Numbered from the stretch's first letter, positions 14,286-28,982 are shown. The stretch is DNA of 64,000 bases from Paraphysomonas bandaiensis (GCA_965644295.1 CBFFRP010000242.1:170401-234400); one strand, 5' to 3'. Notes: generated from the sequence alone by a model not told the origin. Program-made: numbers and translations.

Positions 14286-16914
14286 ATGGCTCCTAATCAT
14301 GGTGCACTCTTATTTTCCTTCCTTTTGGAAGCTGTTTTAGTTCACTCAACGATAAGTAACAATGGAACTACCACGACAACGTTTGTGACCCTTGAACCAT
14401 TGGAAACAGTTAATTACAGCTTATATGGAGAGGGGATGGCTTACGATACCGAACGGGATCGTTTTATTCTGGGAAGTTTGCAATTAGGAACTCTAATATC
14501 TGTACCACGGTCTACACTATCTGAAGGAAGTGTTTCATTTGATACAGCAGACATCACGTTTTTATTAAGTGAGCGTCCTGCATCATTTAATGGTAGCAAT
14601 TTTCTTGGACTTGAGATGGATCCTCATAATAGTAATACTCTGTGGGGATGTGTTTCATATGGTGACTATCATACGTATGGTGTTGCCAAGATAAACTTGT
14701 CCACCAACTTTGTCGAGTTTTTCGATATGTCGCATCTTGTACGCACTATTCATTATTCTGGACAGAAACCGACTGACTTATATTTAGGCTAATCCCGAAA
14801 CAGGAAGTCACGCTGTGTTCAATGATTTGACTCTTGATTCAAGAGGCCAATACCTGTATATTACAGACACTTGGTATGTACGGTCATTGTCCCAATACAT
14901 GTGGATAACTCTCATTCACCACCTAGGGGATACCAGGTACTTCGAATGGACGTTTCTTCAGGTAGCACAGAAGTGTGGGGTAATGGTACAGCATACTGCA
15001 CGGACTGCTTATCAACTGAGCCTCACTATGATGGCCCGAATGGGATTGCATTGGCATGTGTGACACATATGGGACATGTGCCTGAAAGTTGTTACCAGGA
15101 GTGCGACAGAAACGATGAATTCTTATTAATAGCCCTTGGAGCTTCCTCTAACACTCTATTAAAGGTTAATACTTCGATGCCTTTTATAGAACCGGATGCT
15201 ATTTTGGTGAACAATAACGCTGGGTATCTGGAAAGTATGGTAGGTAACAACTATTTCCTTTCCATTGCAATGAATTTATTCGGTAGTATACAGGATGCGA
15301 TAGCTCTCTCATCTGACCATACTACCCTTTATGTTCTTGGAAACGGTGTAAACTCATTGTTTGCTCTTACGAGTAGTGATAACTGGGTCACTGCAACGCT
15401 CCGGGCGACATATAATGCGGCTTGTCCGAAGTTTCAGCCCTCTGCGCTGTCAATAGTGCGAGGGCGTGATATAACTGTATATTGTACAAATGGATTTGGT
15501 GCCGCTCCGTATCCACTGACAACACTCACCAATGCTTTTGGTAACTAAAATAACACTTTTCAATGCTATATGAACGTAAACATATGTGTGCATTGAGTTC
15601 TGTGGTGCTTGATATCCTTACGAAATATATTTCTGACTGATTCTTTCAGAGAGAGTCAATGCTGTGCATGGTTTGCAGCTAAATATTTACAATATGGTTG
15701 GCGAAGGAATAGAGTATGATGGTGGAGTTAAAGACCGTCTTATCGTAGGTTCAACATCAACTGGATCTATCCGTGGAATTCCGAATACTGACTTCATAGG
15801 TAAGTATAATGAGTGGCCTTTGGTATTTTATGAAAGTTTTAAGCATGCTGATTTTTGCAGGAGTCAAACATAGCGATCTAGATACACATGAATACTTCTC
15901 AGGCGGAGGGAGCATACCAATCACATCTGTGAAAGGTCTCAAAATTGATCCCAGTGATAGGTGTTTGCTCTGGGTTGCTGTGTCCAGTACGCCGATAGGT
16001 AAGCGGTAGTGCAAGCACATCAGTTTTTGTAAAGTACGTGTGTTGCAGGCGTAGCACTTTTTGACATCTGTTCGTCATATTACTCTTCTGAACCTAGTAC
16101 TTTTGTTAACTTATCTTCATACGGCAATCCTTCGTACGGGTCATCTCCCAACGATATTGCCGTTCATGAATCTATTTTGTATGTTACAGATTTTCAGGGT
16201 GGCTATCTCTGGTCAATACGCAATCCAACATACAGCAGCACTGCATATGTTAGCATATTTAAGAAGTTTGAAGTGTCAAGCCACCCGAATGGCATTGAGA
16301 CGACAGGTGATCTTCTGTTGGTGAGTTTGTCGGCGACTGGCAGCCTATGGGTATATAATTTAAAAACTGGTAAACAATATTTTGTTGATATTCAATATCC
16401 CGCATCGACGATGAATTTGAATGGCGATGGCCTTCGATTTGATGCTAACCACGAAGTACTCTATGTAGCACGTCATAGTTACGATTCAGTAATTGCTTTA
16501 GTTAGCTGTGATGAATGGCGGACAGCATATTTGGCAACAGATTTTTCGGCCAATTGTTTCTCGACGCTGGGATCTCCCAGTGTAACGACCCTTGCAATGG
16601 CAGGTAGCAATTTGTGGGTATTTTGTTCCAATGACTTTGGTACTGGCCCGTACTCTATTAACAGAATCCAAAATGCATCTGGCCAAGTATACTCTGGAAA
16701 TACCGCTTGTTTACCAACTGACACAGAAGATTCTGTTGGCTCTGGACACAGCCACAACGACGACAGTGTTGTTCAACAACCGCTATTTTGGAGCACTCTT
16801 TTTCTGGCAATTAGTTTAGCAACAGTTTTATGTAGCATTTATTACGTCACTTTGTACCACAGTTTAAATGGCGAAAGCGATACCACTACAAGTTCGTTGA
16901 TTCAAGGCACTTGA
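14286..16914 (+). CDS. Secreted, membrane-anchored protein with two SMP-30/gluconolactonase-like (NHL-type) beta-propeller modules (multi-exon)
   Basis: Signal peptide; duplicated motifs (GEGMAYD/GEGIEYD, NDLTLD...LYITD/NDIAV...LYVTD, GPNGIA/HPNGIE, SSDNW/SCDEW, CTNGFG/CSNDFG); C-terminal TM helix LFWSTLFLAISLATVLCSIYYV. Confidence 0.7.
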
Positions 16915-17253
16915 ATGTATGTAATCTTGTAATCACTTGTCTCTTAATGAACATTAATACTGGTATATAACTAAAATAAGGATATTCTATGTTCTATGAT
17001 AAGTATTGAGTAGAATCATGCGTAAACGCAAAAAATATAAATAAGAATAGAAAAGAAGCTCTGAGAGTGAAAATTGAACGTGATGCAACGGGTATGTTGT
17101 ATGCTGAGTCACCAACTTACCACTATAATGATTATTAAAAATGAAGAAAAACTGTCCATTTACATATAGATATACTCCACGCAGGGAGTGACAGCATCTC
17201 ACTTGTGCGTGCATGACTACATGTCATACACTGCTTACTGTATTTCCGTACAA

Positions 17254-20200
17254 TTACTCCAAATCCTGAACCATATTCATATCGAAATTGAGCCCAAAAG
17301 TAGTCGCCCCAAATAGCTTTCTCTTTTGCAGTCCAGTAGAAGGTTCCTTCTTGAGATCGGAATTATCTGAGGCTAATGCATGCTGAACACTGTTCTGATT
17401 CAGCACATTTTCATCATTTTCTTGCACACAATTGATGTTTTCACTCTGAGACATATCAAGGAAGTTTTGCAACCGAGCTATTAACTCATCCTTCCGTCCT
17501 GAACAACAGTTAGCTGATAAACGATATTTTTGTTGCTGTGTATACGTACCACTCACTGGAAGTGATCGCTCCGACAAAAACTTTTTTAGTTCAGGAACTT
17601 TATACTTTGATAGAGGCTGAGATGGCTCTTGAATATCAGATATACCTGATATGTCGCTACCAATGGAACCCTTTGAACGTTTCGATCTAGCCGACGTTGC
17701 ATCACTGGCGTCATCGTCCAATTCTTTGCTCGACCTCTTGCGCTGCCTTTGGCTAATGGCTTCATCATCAGATGCCTCTTCCTCGTCCTCTTCTGGTTCG
17801 AAAGATTCATCTAATTCGTCATCATAATCGTCATCAAACGTCATGTCCAAGTACTGCAATTCTTCGTCCTCGTTATCACTGTTCTCACATTCGTTTCCAT
17901 CAATATTTTCCTCTTTCTTGCTGTCCTTAACTTCAGTTTGATTTTCTCGAAGTTTCTTATTATCAGTGGATTTTTTCTTGATAATGCACTTTTTGAGATC
18001 AGGAAGACCGGGCTTCCTCTTCTCCTTATGAATCACTGTGTCAGGTTTCGAAGTGATATCTTTACTGGCAGATACTAGATCAGTGGATGCACTCTTACAA
18101 CGTTTCTGTACTCTTGAAGCAGCTAGCTGAGCCTCGTAGTGATGAAGTTTACTATGGAGAGCTTTTATTTCTTCCTCCTACGAAAATTTGCATGAAAGGA
18201 TCATACATATATTTGCAAACATCAGACCTGCGACTGAACCTTCGATTCTAGTTGTCGCCTCTCCAATACTTTATCATGTGAGAGTTTGTAAAACATCGTA
18301 TGCAACAGAACTTTTGCCTTTTTCAAATCTGTAATACTTGAAAATCTTCGTTTTTCAACGACAGTTCCTGCTTAAACTATCAGATAACCCCACAAAGGCC
18401 TATCTTCCTACCCATATCAGCTAGTTGCGCGTGAGACTTGGCAATATCAGTACCCCGGCGGCGTACATCCTCCTAAAATATTTCACAGTCATTGATAATA
18501 TTTTGCTAGAAGTGTATTTACATCCAGTTGCTTAATTTCGTTATCTCTAATGATGTCTTCTTCACTTCGAGCAGCGTGACTACCAATGGTAGGCATATCT
18601 TTTTCACGCTGCTGCTTCAGCGCAAGGAGCTTTCGAGCAACAATAGCTCTCTGCTCTGTCTAATATAGAGTCATATTAACAATATTCTTCATGTTGTGGT
18701 GTACCTATACCTGGTATTGAATATCCTCAGTTATGTTGTTTCGTATTATCTGTGCGTCTATTTCAGAGGTTATCCAATTCTGTAGCTTAAGAACTTCATC
18801 GGAATTCAATGGCTTAAGTTCTTCATTTCGACTGAGGGGCTTTCGAAAACCATTGGCCGCCGTTCTAGAAGCAGATTGCTCACGTTGTAGTTTCACCTGG
18901 TATACTTTAGCTAACGTATGGATTGCATGATTGATACTTGTGTACCTTTTCTTGCTTATCGCTCTGCATTTTAAGCTTCTTTATCTCTCGTTCTTTCTCT
19001 TCAAGCTTTCCCTTTAGTACCTATTTCAGAATGTGTTAGGTACGATATCAACAAACATGTTTAAAAGTCATACTCTGTCCTTATTCGTTAGCTCTGCACT
19101 TATCTTCGCCGCTTTTTCGTTGGCCTGTTGCTCCCTTCGTCGTAGTTGTGTTTCACTATTCTAAATATCGCAAGTATATGACACCATAAGTGTCTTAATA
19201 CATTACAGCACATTAACTTTACCAGCAGAATTCGTCTCTCTTCTGCATGTTTCTCAGCTTCTTTGCGTTGTTTCTTCATTGCTTCAACGCGTTGCCGCTT
19301 CGTTGACTCTAACTCTTTCTTTAACAACGAAACCTCTCTGCAAGCTTTATCTTTCTCTTGAAGTAAACGGGCGTATTCTACTTCCTATATTCATAAGTTG
19401 TAATCAGAATATTCAGAAAAACAACATAGAAATACTTTTTTTCGTAGTTCTTTTTGCTTTGCTTCAAGCAATTTCGACTTCTCTCTCAGAACCTGTGCAG
19501 CTTTACCAGCGTCCACATCACTGGGTTTCGAAGATTGCTTCTCTATTTTCAGAATGGCATTTCGACGTTCATTCTCAAGCATTTCAACTTCTTGTCGTAG
19601 CTGAGAAATTGTAGCTTTGCACTAAATTCGAATTACAGAGAATCAATGACGTAGCAGCACTCTGTACCTGTGCAGTCATCAGAACCATGTTAGCTACCTC
19701 TTCTTCACGTGACTGTACATTAGCTCGTCTATCCGCATTTAAATCACGAGCACTTCCCGATTCAAGTTGAAGAACGCCTATATGCAGTTTAATATGAAGA
19801 ATACCTATCGTTTAAAACTGCGTATGTAACACCTTCTACTCGTGCGTTTGAAGAGCTCCGATCACTCTCCTCAGACGACAATGAATTCTCACTACAATCA
19901 CTGTATCTGCCATGACAGCTCCCACTGTCAAATTTTGTCAATGCAATATCTTCTAGTGATTCCAATTCTTCAATCAATTTCATAAGTGGTGGGAGAAAAT
20001 CAAGCTCCATTTCACTAGACTCTTCATTGTCGGATGCTGCAGCTAAGTGACGTCTAATGCATGCCAGAATCTCTCGTGCACTCTCTACATTAGCATCATC
20101 TATGGCCACATCTTCCTCAAGACACTTTACGAGAACATTGCGTGTAAAAGAAGTGAGTTTCAAAAACTGATCCACTACAGCCGTATTCTCGTTTCTGTCA

Positions 20201-21400
20201 GCAGCCTTGATTTCCAGCAGCCGCAGCTGCTCACGAAGAACACATACTTCTTGAATCAGTTGCATCGAGGCTAATGAGCCATTATCACAGGAGTATTCCT
20301 TGTTCGCTACTGTGCTGTTTACAATATTTGAAGCCCTTGAAGCAAACCGCAGAGTGTTTAGGGTTTCTTCAAAGTTCGTATCGGCCGGGGAGACACAGGC
20401 AATCATAACAGTCATGCTATTTCCACCCAAGGAGTCCTTGAGAATGCGCGTAATTTTCGAGTCTCTGTAAGGTACATGAGAGCTTCCCGATCCTTGAGAT
20501 GAAAGAGCGACTATTACATTTCCCAAAGCCAACAAACCTTTGTTAATGTTCACTCCTTCGGAAAATATTTCGCCAGTAGCCATTGTCTTCTTTGCTCTCT
20601 CTGATCCGGCAAGATCGACAAGGTGTAGAGATGACTTTGAAGTTACAACTGTTCCCATTCCTCCCTCGCTGTCTGATGGAACTTCCTTAGTTGTTGTGAG
20701 TGTAAAAGTACATATCGCGTGTGACCGAGAAGATTGAGAATTCATAGCCGTTTTAGCAGTTGAACGGAGTCTAGCAACATCTGAGAGTAGTTCCTGAACA
20801 TCTTCAGGGTTGAGTACCCTGCGATGTGATAACCCTTCAACATAAGTATCGCCCTTAGAACCTTCACGAATATCACACTTCGTTCGTTGGGAAGATAGAA
20901 GGTCGAAACACTCTTCTTTGTAGACTTCCATGTATGACAGTTCCAGTGTTGTCTTGATACCATCATCTTGCATCGCATTGCATTTGTCAAAAATGTCTGA
21001 TATTGCATAAGGGATTATCCCTTCTTTTGAATTATTTCCATCATTTCCCATTGTGAAGGTTTTCCCACTTCCAGTTTGACCTGTTACAACGCATTACTAC
21101 ATACTCATACAATTCCCATGATATTGGCTAACCATATGCAAACACTGTCGCATTGAATCCATCAAAGAAGTTTTGTAATAATGGTTCGCATGTTTCTTTA
21201 TATACTTGTTTCTGGCTAATTGTAGGTCCGTATGCCCAGTCAAAATCGAAGCTGTTTTGACGGGCCGGAACTGCCACACGAATTCTATTATTGTGATCCG
21301 CAGTCACAACAGAGTCGGCTCCATTTACGATTTCAGCATTGATAAGGGGACGAATACGCACACCTACTTTTACTCTTGAAGTGTTCGCACTGCTACTCAT
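17254..21400 (-). CDS. Kinesin-4/chromokinesin-like motor with coiled coil and C-terminal SAP domain (multi-exon)
   Basis: VKVGVRIRP, FAYG|QTGSGKT P-loop, NSQSSRSHA, LVDLAGSER, HVPYRDSKITRILKDSLGGN. SAP-like LSKYKVPELKKFLSERSLPVSG|RKDELIARL. Confidence 0.9.
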
Positions 21401-21822
21401 CCTTACAAAGTATGCATCAATGTTAAATGTGTATTCTTCATGGTGCACTGATGCACACAGAATGTAATATCGTGGAACTCAACGGTCATGCAACCACACA
21501 ACAATGAATACCGTGAATACACTGGAATACTGATGTATACTCTAGAACTGTATTCTGCTGTATACCATTGCCATCTCTCCCAACCTACAGCAGTATATAC
21601 AGTCAGTGTTCTGCATATGTATACAGCAGTAGGGGTATACTATATACACATCTTCTCATTCTTCTTCTTCACACCTGAGGCAGAATCCTGTGTATCCAAT
21701 GAACACGGTCGTCCTTGCTGTCTCATATCAGTCTTGCCTATTTTCTAGATATCCTGTAGAGATGGTTCATAAATTCATGTCGTTCCCTCTCGCTATTAGA
21801 TTGATCGTATTACGTTTCTTGT

Positions 21823-24102
21823 ATGTCTTATTCTGTACACTCAGTACCAAGCGATCCTTGGCTATCCAATATTCCTCCTGTAGATGTGGATTTATTTGAA
21901 TCTGATGGATGTTTCGGGAGGTTTACAATCGGAAGAACAATTGGTTTAGGTCAGTATTCTGCTATCAGGAAGTGTCATGATCCCCTGGATCCGTCGAAGC
22001 GCCCATTGGCGGTTAAAATTGTTCGGAAGGACTTGCAGAGCTCTGCAGATTGCTTGCAATGTGCGGAGAAGGAGCTTGGAATTATGAAAGTCCTTCAATC
22101 AGCAAGTGAACACAACAATATTTTGTCCATGGTGTCAGCCTGGCATGGAAAAAACAATTTATACATTGTTATTGAGCGAGCGCAATCAGATTTGGTAGGT
22201 CTCAATCTTTCTAATTCTAAAAGGTAATATATGTTTATTACAGTATGAATTTTTGGAAGAGTTCCGTGATGTTATGGATCGAAACGTAGGCGGCTTTATA
22301 ATCTCTTCTATTGCAAGTGGGCTTCAGCACTTGCAGACCCTAAATATATCTCATCGCGATATGAAGCCTGAAAATGTCCTAATCGATATAACGAAAAACA
22401 ATATTCATGTGCGGTTGTGTGGGTTTAGCTCCTGTACAGTAGCACCTATGGGGGTCATGGTGGAATCGAGAGGCCAATCAAGTCCAGGTTTCTTCGCCCC
22501 TGAAACCATTCTCAACAAGTCGCATTGGTATTTAACGATTTTTCGTTTATATTTTTTGGGTATATAATTGAATTGCACAGCCCCTACAAAGCGGATATAT
22601 TCTCTCTTGGATGCATTGCACTGGAAATTATCCTCAAGGAGGTATTTTGATATTTTTATGTCTTAATTCTAAACGCTGAATGGATGATATGGAATAAGCG
22701 ATAGTGTTGTGATGTGGTACTACTCTCGTGTAGTTAATTCTGGTCATGCAGGAAGAGTTTTCTAGTCTGTGGTTGTCAGCGTACGACAGCACAACACGAG
22801 ATCACCTTTGTACCTATCGATCACGTATGCTACGTGTGATTCCACAAGTGCAGACACTTATTAGTGTAAGTGTATGATATCCGCCAACTTTGTCTCGCTG
22901 ACTGTTGCTTACAGAACTCTGTACAATCTAGTGTTGACATAGGCTTTCTGAGTAGCTATACGGGACGACGGAGGAAGTCTTGTACTGTACGACTTGAGAA
23001 TTTCCTAATCGAAACGATTCAAGAATGTCTTAATTTCATTCCACGCAAACGTCCCACTTTAGATGCCGTGATAGTGTGCGATATACGTCCAAACTCAGAC
23101 CAAGTAGCTGCCGTCTACACGCTATTACAAGGCAAACGGTCATGTAGTCGCAACAGCAATCGCTCCAATTGTTCGTTGTCAGATAGCGAAGGACTTAGTT
23201 TGGGATGTCAACAGGTCCGCCATTTTTGTGGAACATGTGCAACTCTTAGAATGTAGTATAAAATACATGAATTTGCCGTTATGATCGTTTTTTGGATGTA
23301 GGATATCAAGCATGCTTCTCTTCAGAGCACGAGTGCTGGCTCTGATTGCGGTACATGTCTCTTTGGATGTTCAATGTCATCGTCATTCAGTAGCATTTCT
23401 TTCCCAACTCCCTCAGACCAGCAGACACTTCCACGTGCATATGCTGTGCCATTATCAGCTAATTTGGAAGTGCAATCCCCATCTGAGAACTATTACGCTT
23501 CGGATGAATCCTTATCTGCGTCCTGTCTCTCTTCTAACTCGACATTGAGTTCCTCTCTTGTTAATCTTTCTTTGGACCCCAGCACACGAAAATTCAACTA
23601 TTATGAAACCCCTCATGGAATTTATATTTCTTCGTCTTCTAATATATCGGATCTCTCGTCCGATCAGAACAGCCCAACACAGTCAGAATTAGATGCCACT
23701 TCCAATATGTGGAATCAAGACTATTTCAACGACGACACATCAGACCAGAGCTCTCCTCTGTCAAGACAGCTCACTCAATGGAGTGAAGTACAATCTGCCA
23801 AGTGCGAAAGCGCAATTCGTGCCTATGTGAAAAAGCAGAATCAGAGATGTGATAACTTGTCAGATTCTTCCATTAAAAGCAACATTATTTCTGTCAAAAC
23901 TAAATATACACGAACTGAATCTGAACTTCCTTCGGTTCGTAGCGTCAAATTACCAATGTTAAGTTTAGGTTGCAGCAGAGAAGCTCATTGTCCCTCAGTT
24001 CTATCTCCTCAAAAAATGGGCGTGAAAGTCAAGAAGTGTTTGTCCAATGTCAGCAGCACTTTGCCAAGTCGTAAGCTAAGATGTCGTAAACAGAGTCTTT
24101 GA
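21823..24102 (+). CDS. Ser/Thr protein kinase-like (CAMK-type), probable pseudokinase, with Ser-rich tail (multi-exon)
   Basis: IGLGQYS, LAVKI, HRDMKPEN, PGFFAPE, KADIFSLGCI; the DFG position reads GFS. Exon structure after 22650 is approximate. Confidence 0.75.
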
Positions 24103-24802
24103 GTGAGTTCGACGAATATGATGCAGCAGTTTGATGTTATGTTCTTTCTAATGTTTGACGGTGCCTTGTGATGTGGTAAATGGCATCATCTTTGAAAAAG
24201 AAACTATTGTTTGTCGAGAGCCACTACAATAAAGCAGGGCTGCGTATCAATTATAATTGCAATTATTACGTGCTGTCTCAATTTCAATTATTGCAACTAT
24301 TTGCAATTTTTTAGTACTAAACTGCATACTCTTCAACTGTCATTTCATTCCAGAGTCGACGGTTCATGCGTAATAACATAAGTAGTTCTAAATGCAAATC
24401 AGTCACAACAATCTTAGCTCTACTCAATAACCTTTCAACCTTATTGGTTGTGATATGCAAGTACTTCACGCTGTTGCAACGAGTTTGCTGATGAAGTCGT
24501 GTTCGCTTCCGCTGCCTGCTACCATCAATCTAACGTTGCGCTGCGTCGTCATTCTGAACTAGGCCCTCATTGCCATATTCCATCAACGTTCCTTGCTACA
24601 CATCCATCCATCCATCAACAATCAAACTGAAATGAATTGGAATCATTGCTTTGATTGCGACAAAAATGCCGTTTTAAACAACTTTCAGTGTAAAAATATG
24701 GCAGTCAATAGTCAATTATAATTGCAATTAGGATTTGATGTCCCGACTTCAATTATTGCTATATATAAAAGTAATTGAGAATTAATCGATACATTACATT
24801 GA

Positions 24803-25146
24803 TGTTAACAATGGACATTTCACTGAAGTTAACTTTGCTCTACACGTAAACCGTAACCTTGCTGTTGAACACAATGCACTTTCAAGTAAGAAATTATAAT
24901 TATTATTCTGAACACTTCACTACATATTCGTGTAACATATGTTGAAACATCTGTTCCCAGCAACACCTGTTTATCATATGTTCATCAGTCAGTTCTATAT
25001 CTTGTATAGTCACACATCAGTAACTGAATTTAATTCCTTTGTAACTATAATCACCCGTTACACCTATGAGTTGACTTTACCTATTGCACACTGTTAACTC
25101 ACTTCAATTGCACAATATATATCACATCATATTGCAGAACTCAACA
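24803..25146 (-). repeat. Copia 3' LTR
   Basis: Identical to 28639-28982; adjacent to the PPT. Confidence 0.95.
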
Positions 25147-25290
25147 CTCCCACTCAATTGGATGTAGTTAATCATTCTAAAATTTGTGAAGAACATTGCT
25201 ATCGGATACGCAACCACCGAACCTCATAGGACACTGGTGGACGTATGACTCCGCTGGTATAGCTAGCTCCCACCATTCATTCACCTCTAA

Positions 25291-28143
25291 CTAGTTACGA
25301 CGAACTCTCTTTACCTTGGGTACCTCTGCGATAATTTGTGCAGTAGTCTTAAATTTTTCCCCAAGATTTCGCTCCCTCTGTTCAATGAATATTGGACCAC
25401 ACAAAGCCTTGGTATATACATCAGCCATCTGTTGTCGACTGCTTACATGAAGTAATTTCGCTGTATTAAACTGTTCGGGATCCACGTGCTCTCTAATCAT
25501 ATGATACTTAATCTCAATATGTTTCGATCGTTGATGTTGCACTGGATTTTCCGATATATCCTGAGCACTTTGACTATCCAGGAATAATGGTGTGGGCTCG
25601 TCAATTTTCAACCCTACTTCTCTAGTCACCCCCCGAGACCATATCATTTCCTGTAATCCGTTATATAAGCATTGATACTCTGCTTTCATAGTCGATGTAG
25701 CTACAGTAGACTGAAGTTTAGAACCCCACGATAGTGGTCCACCAGCTCAACATATTATATCCTGAAGTCGACCTCCTCGTCAACGGATCGCCTGCCCAGT
25801 CGGCATCAGTGAACATATGAAGATCAAAATCTCTCCCTCTATAATGAATGCCTTTATCTGTAGTACCTCGTACATACTGCATTAAATACATCATGAGCTT
25901 ACATACAGTGATATTAACTTTCGTTGAGAATCGTGACAATACTCCAACTGCATATGAGATATCCGGCCTTGTATTCATAGATAAATAAAGTAACGCTCCT
26001 ATTAGTGGACGATAGGGAAAATTATCAACTAATTCCTGCTCTTCAGTCGAATGCACATGTTCCACTCCCACTTTGATCCTATCCATGACATCACTATGTA
26101 GTGGGTATCGCCGCGTCTTGTCCCTTGGACACCCAGAAAATCCACATACTTCACCAATATCTTTTTGATGAACACTGTCATGTCAAGTTTGAGACAATTC
26201 GGAGTTCTCGTCACTCTCACGTTCAAAAACTAGCCAATCTCATTCATATCTGTAATATCGAACCTTTCACATACTCGTCGCTTAATTTCCAAAATAATAT
26301 TCGTATCTCGACATGCTCTCAGCATATTATCATCATGACCGTGGTGAGCTTCGAAGACCATATAAACTTTTCTTCAGTTTAAAGCAATATCCTGGTGGCA
26401 ATTTGAAATCTGGTGTTGCATACTTATACACACATCTCCTTTTATATCTGCATATACAAGAATGCATTAGATACGTCGAGTTGATGCACCACCATATTCA
26501 TAACAAACGCGATAGCTAATAACAATCTTACTGTTACCGCTTTTACCACTGGAGTATAATTGTTGGCTCTACCAACCTCATGGCCTCCGCATCCAAGTAC
26601 CACAAGTCTTGCTTTCTATCGTGGAATCGCACCCTCCTTGTTGCGTTTCAAAGCAAAGACATACTCAGGATTCAAATTGCAGTGACACTGGGGTAGGGAT
26701 GATGGGCTTAACTTCCATTACTTCCCTTCGTTCCAGTCTGTCACGCTCAGCCTGTCTTGCTGTCAATGGAGTGACACTGGGGTAGGTATGGGCTTAACTT
26801 CCATTACTTCCCTTCGTTCCAGTTCGTCACATTCAGCCTGGCTGAACTCCATTGCTTCCGTTCCGGCAACTCCAAGGATTCGGAATATGTCTGAGGCACC
26901 TTAGGTCCCGCTGACGAGCACCAGATGGAATCTGCCTCCTCTAGTAGGCTGCACTCCACTTCGTCACACGAAGGTAATACGTGCTTCTCCCCTACTACTG
27001 ACACATTCGTCACCACCCTTGGAGCCCTTGTGCGCCTGCCCCTAGTTGAGCGATCTGATGGAGCTTCCTCTCCCGGAGCACTTACGAAGTCAGAAGGGGA
27101 TGGAACCGTCCCAGTCAACTGCTGTAATAAATGTCCGCTGGTCCCGTCGTCACGAGATCCAGAACTAGCAGATACTCTTGTCACAAGGTCTTCACTCATC
27201 CGCGATGATGTGAATAGGAGTCTTAACTTCCAGTTGCTCCTCACCACCTGACATCAGGGATCTATATCCCACAGTAAGACCTCTTTCCGAATCTATATTC
27301 GCGTGGTCTTGTTGTACAGTTGGCCGCCATCTTCACATGGGTTTTGTCGATAACACTCCTCCCTGAGGAACCACTGCCACCGTGGCTTAGTCCATTTCTC
27401 GGTAGTAATCAGCCGATCTCTAGGGCACTGATACATCAAACAGGACATGAACAGACGTGACTATTGTATCTCCTACTATCAACACTTGATACCCCATCTG
27501 CTCGTTGGGAAACCCACAAAATATCCTGTTTGTGCCTTTTCCTCCCAGTCTTTCCGTCTATAGGCCTTCAGGACTAATACATACGCCTTGCACCCCCATT
27601 TCCTCTCAACCAGGATAACTCGGGCACCTTTCCTCCCAGGAACACACTCATAAGGCAACATCCACTAACTTTACTGTCCTCCTTGGCATTTTCCTCCATT
27701 ACATGATGGCATGATGACGTAATAATAGGCAAATTCAAAACGTCATAATATTATATAGTGCCTCCCATGGCATTCCTCCATTCTCATCATAGTCTCCAGC
27801 CAGCACCTCTCTACCAGTGTTTAACTCTACAATTCTCGGTATTCTAAGTAGTTCCAATCCACACACCAGTGCCCGCAGCATTCCGCCTGAGACAATATTC
27901 TTCACCGCATCTTCACATACTTTGATGCCTTCTCTTTTGCCAGTGTTGAAAGCTTCCTACTCCTTGAGTCTCCATTGCTGACCCCTTCTTCGTCAGAGAT
28001 ATGACTCCTGGATCTGCTTCATATTTCTCTAGCACTCTATGATCTTTAACAACAATGAATAGCTGCTTTCCGGCACAACTGTCTAGATACACTCGTTGGT
28101 CTACTGTTTCAGTCATAAGCACTTCACCATCAGATTCTATCAT
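25291..28143 (-). pseudogene. Fragmented Copia pol (protease/integrase/RT/RNase H remnants)
   Basis: Frameshifted fragments: YLDSCA (protease-like), WGCKAYV...GYFVGF (integrase tail), RT and RNase H pieces; internal duplication of about 70 bp at 26681-26840. Confidence 0.85.
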
Positions 28144-28638
28144 ATTGGACTCCCCTCCAGATGAGACATCATCATCTTCATATTAGCACCATTCCGCCGA
28201 TGAACTCTGTCTCTGTCTCTGTTCATGTGTATGTTCAGCACTCCTGCTCGTTAACTATGAACAGCTGCACTGCTCTGCTGCTCTGCTCAGTGTAGAAGGC
28301 AGTTTTAGTAGAAAATACATTTCAGCCTATCAATCTCTATTTCGACCATATCATTGGCCAATATTTACAAGCTGGTATTTCGCTGTAGTCTTCTCGAGTA
28401 CTACTCCCAACTCACTCCTAGACCTATCCACAAGCGTTTGAAGCATATGATTGGACTAAACTTCCTTATTGGGATCATCATGTGGGAGTCGCCTCCATGT
28501 ATATGTTGGCACCCTCCAATACATCTGCGTCATGTTCACATGCCTCCCGAATCGTTACAACACACGTGTCGTTTCACTTGTCAAACTTCAGCACCTTGCT
28601 GTCCTCCATCGCCTCATCAGAGCTACCATCCGCTACCA

Positions 28639-28982
28639 TGTTAACAATGGACATTTCACTGAAGTTAACTTTGCTCTACACGTAAACCGTAACCTTGCTG
28701 TTGAACACAATGCACTTTCAAGTAAGAAATTATAATTATTATTCTGAACACTTCACTACATATTCGTGTAACATATGTTGAAACATCTGTTCCCAGCAAC
28801 ACCTGTTTATCATATGTTCATCAGTCAGTTCTATATCTTGTATAGTCACACATCAGTAACTGAATTTAATTCCTTTGTAACTATAATCACCCGTTACACC
28901 TATGAGTTGACTTTACCTATTGCACACTGTTAACTCACTTCAATTGCACAATATATATCACATCATATTGCAGAACTCAACA
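28639..28982 (-). repeat. Copia 5' LTR
   Basis: Identical to 24803-25146; followed on the minus strand by a TGG-starting PBS. Confidence 0.95.

Larger units (their letters stand above)
24803..28982 (-). mobile_element. Ty1/Copia LTR retrotransposon with degenerate internal region and identical 344-bp LTRs
   Basis: LTRs 24803-25146 and 28639-28982 (TG...CA, no mismatch seen by eye); 5-bp TSD ATTGA; PBS TGGTAGCGGATGG; PPT GAGTGGGAG. Copia RT/RNase H fragments (YRPLIGALLYL...TRPDISYAV, FTDADWAGD...RRSTSG, RSKHIEIKYH) and integrase C-terminal WGCKAYV. Confidence 0.95.
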
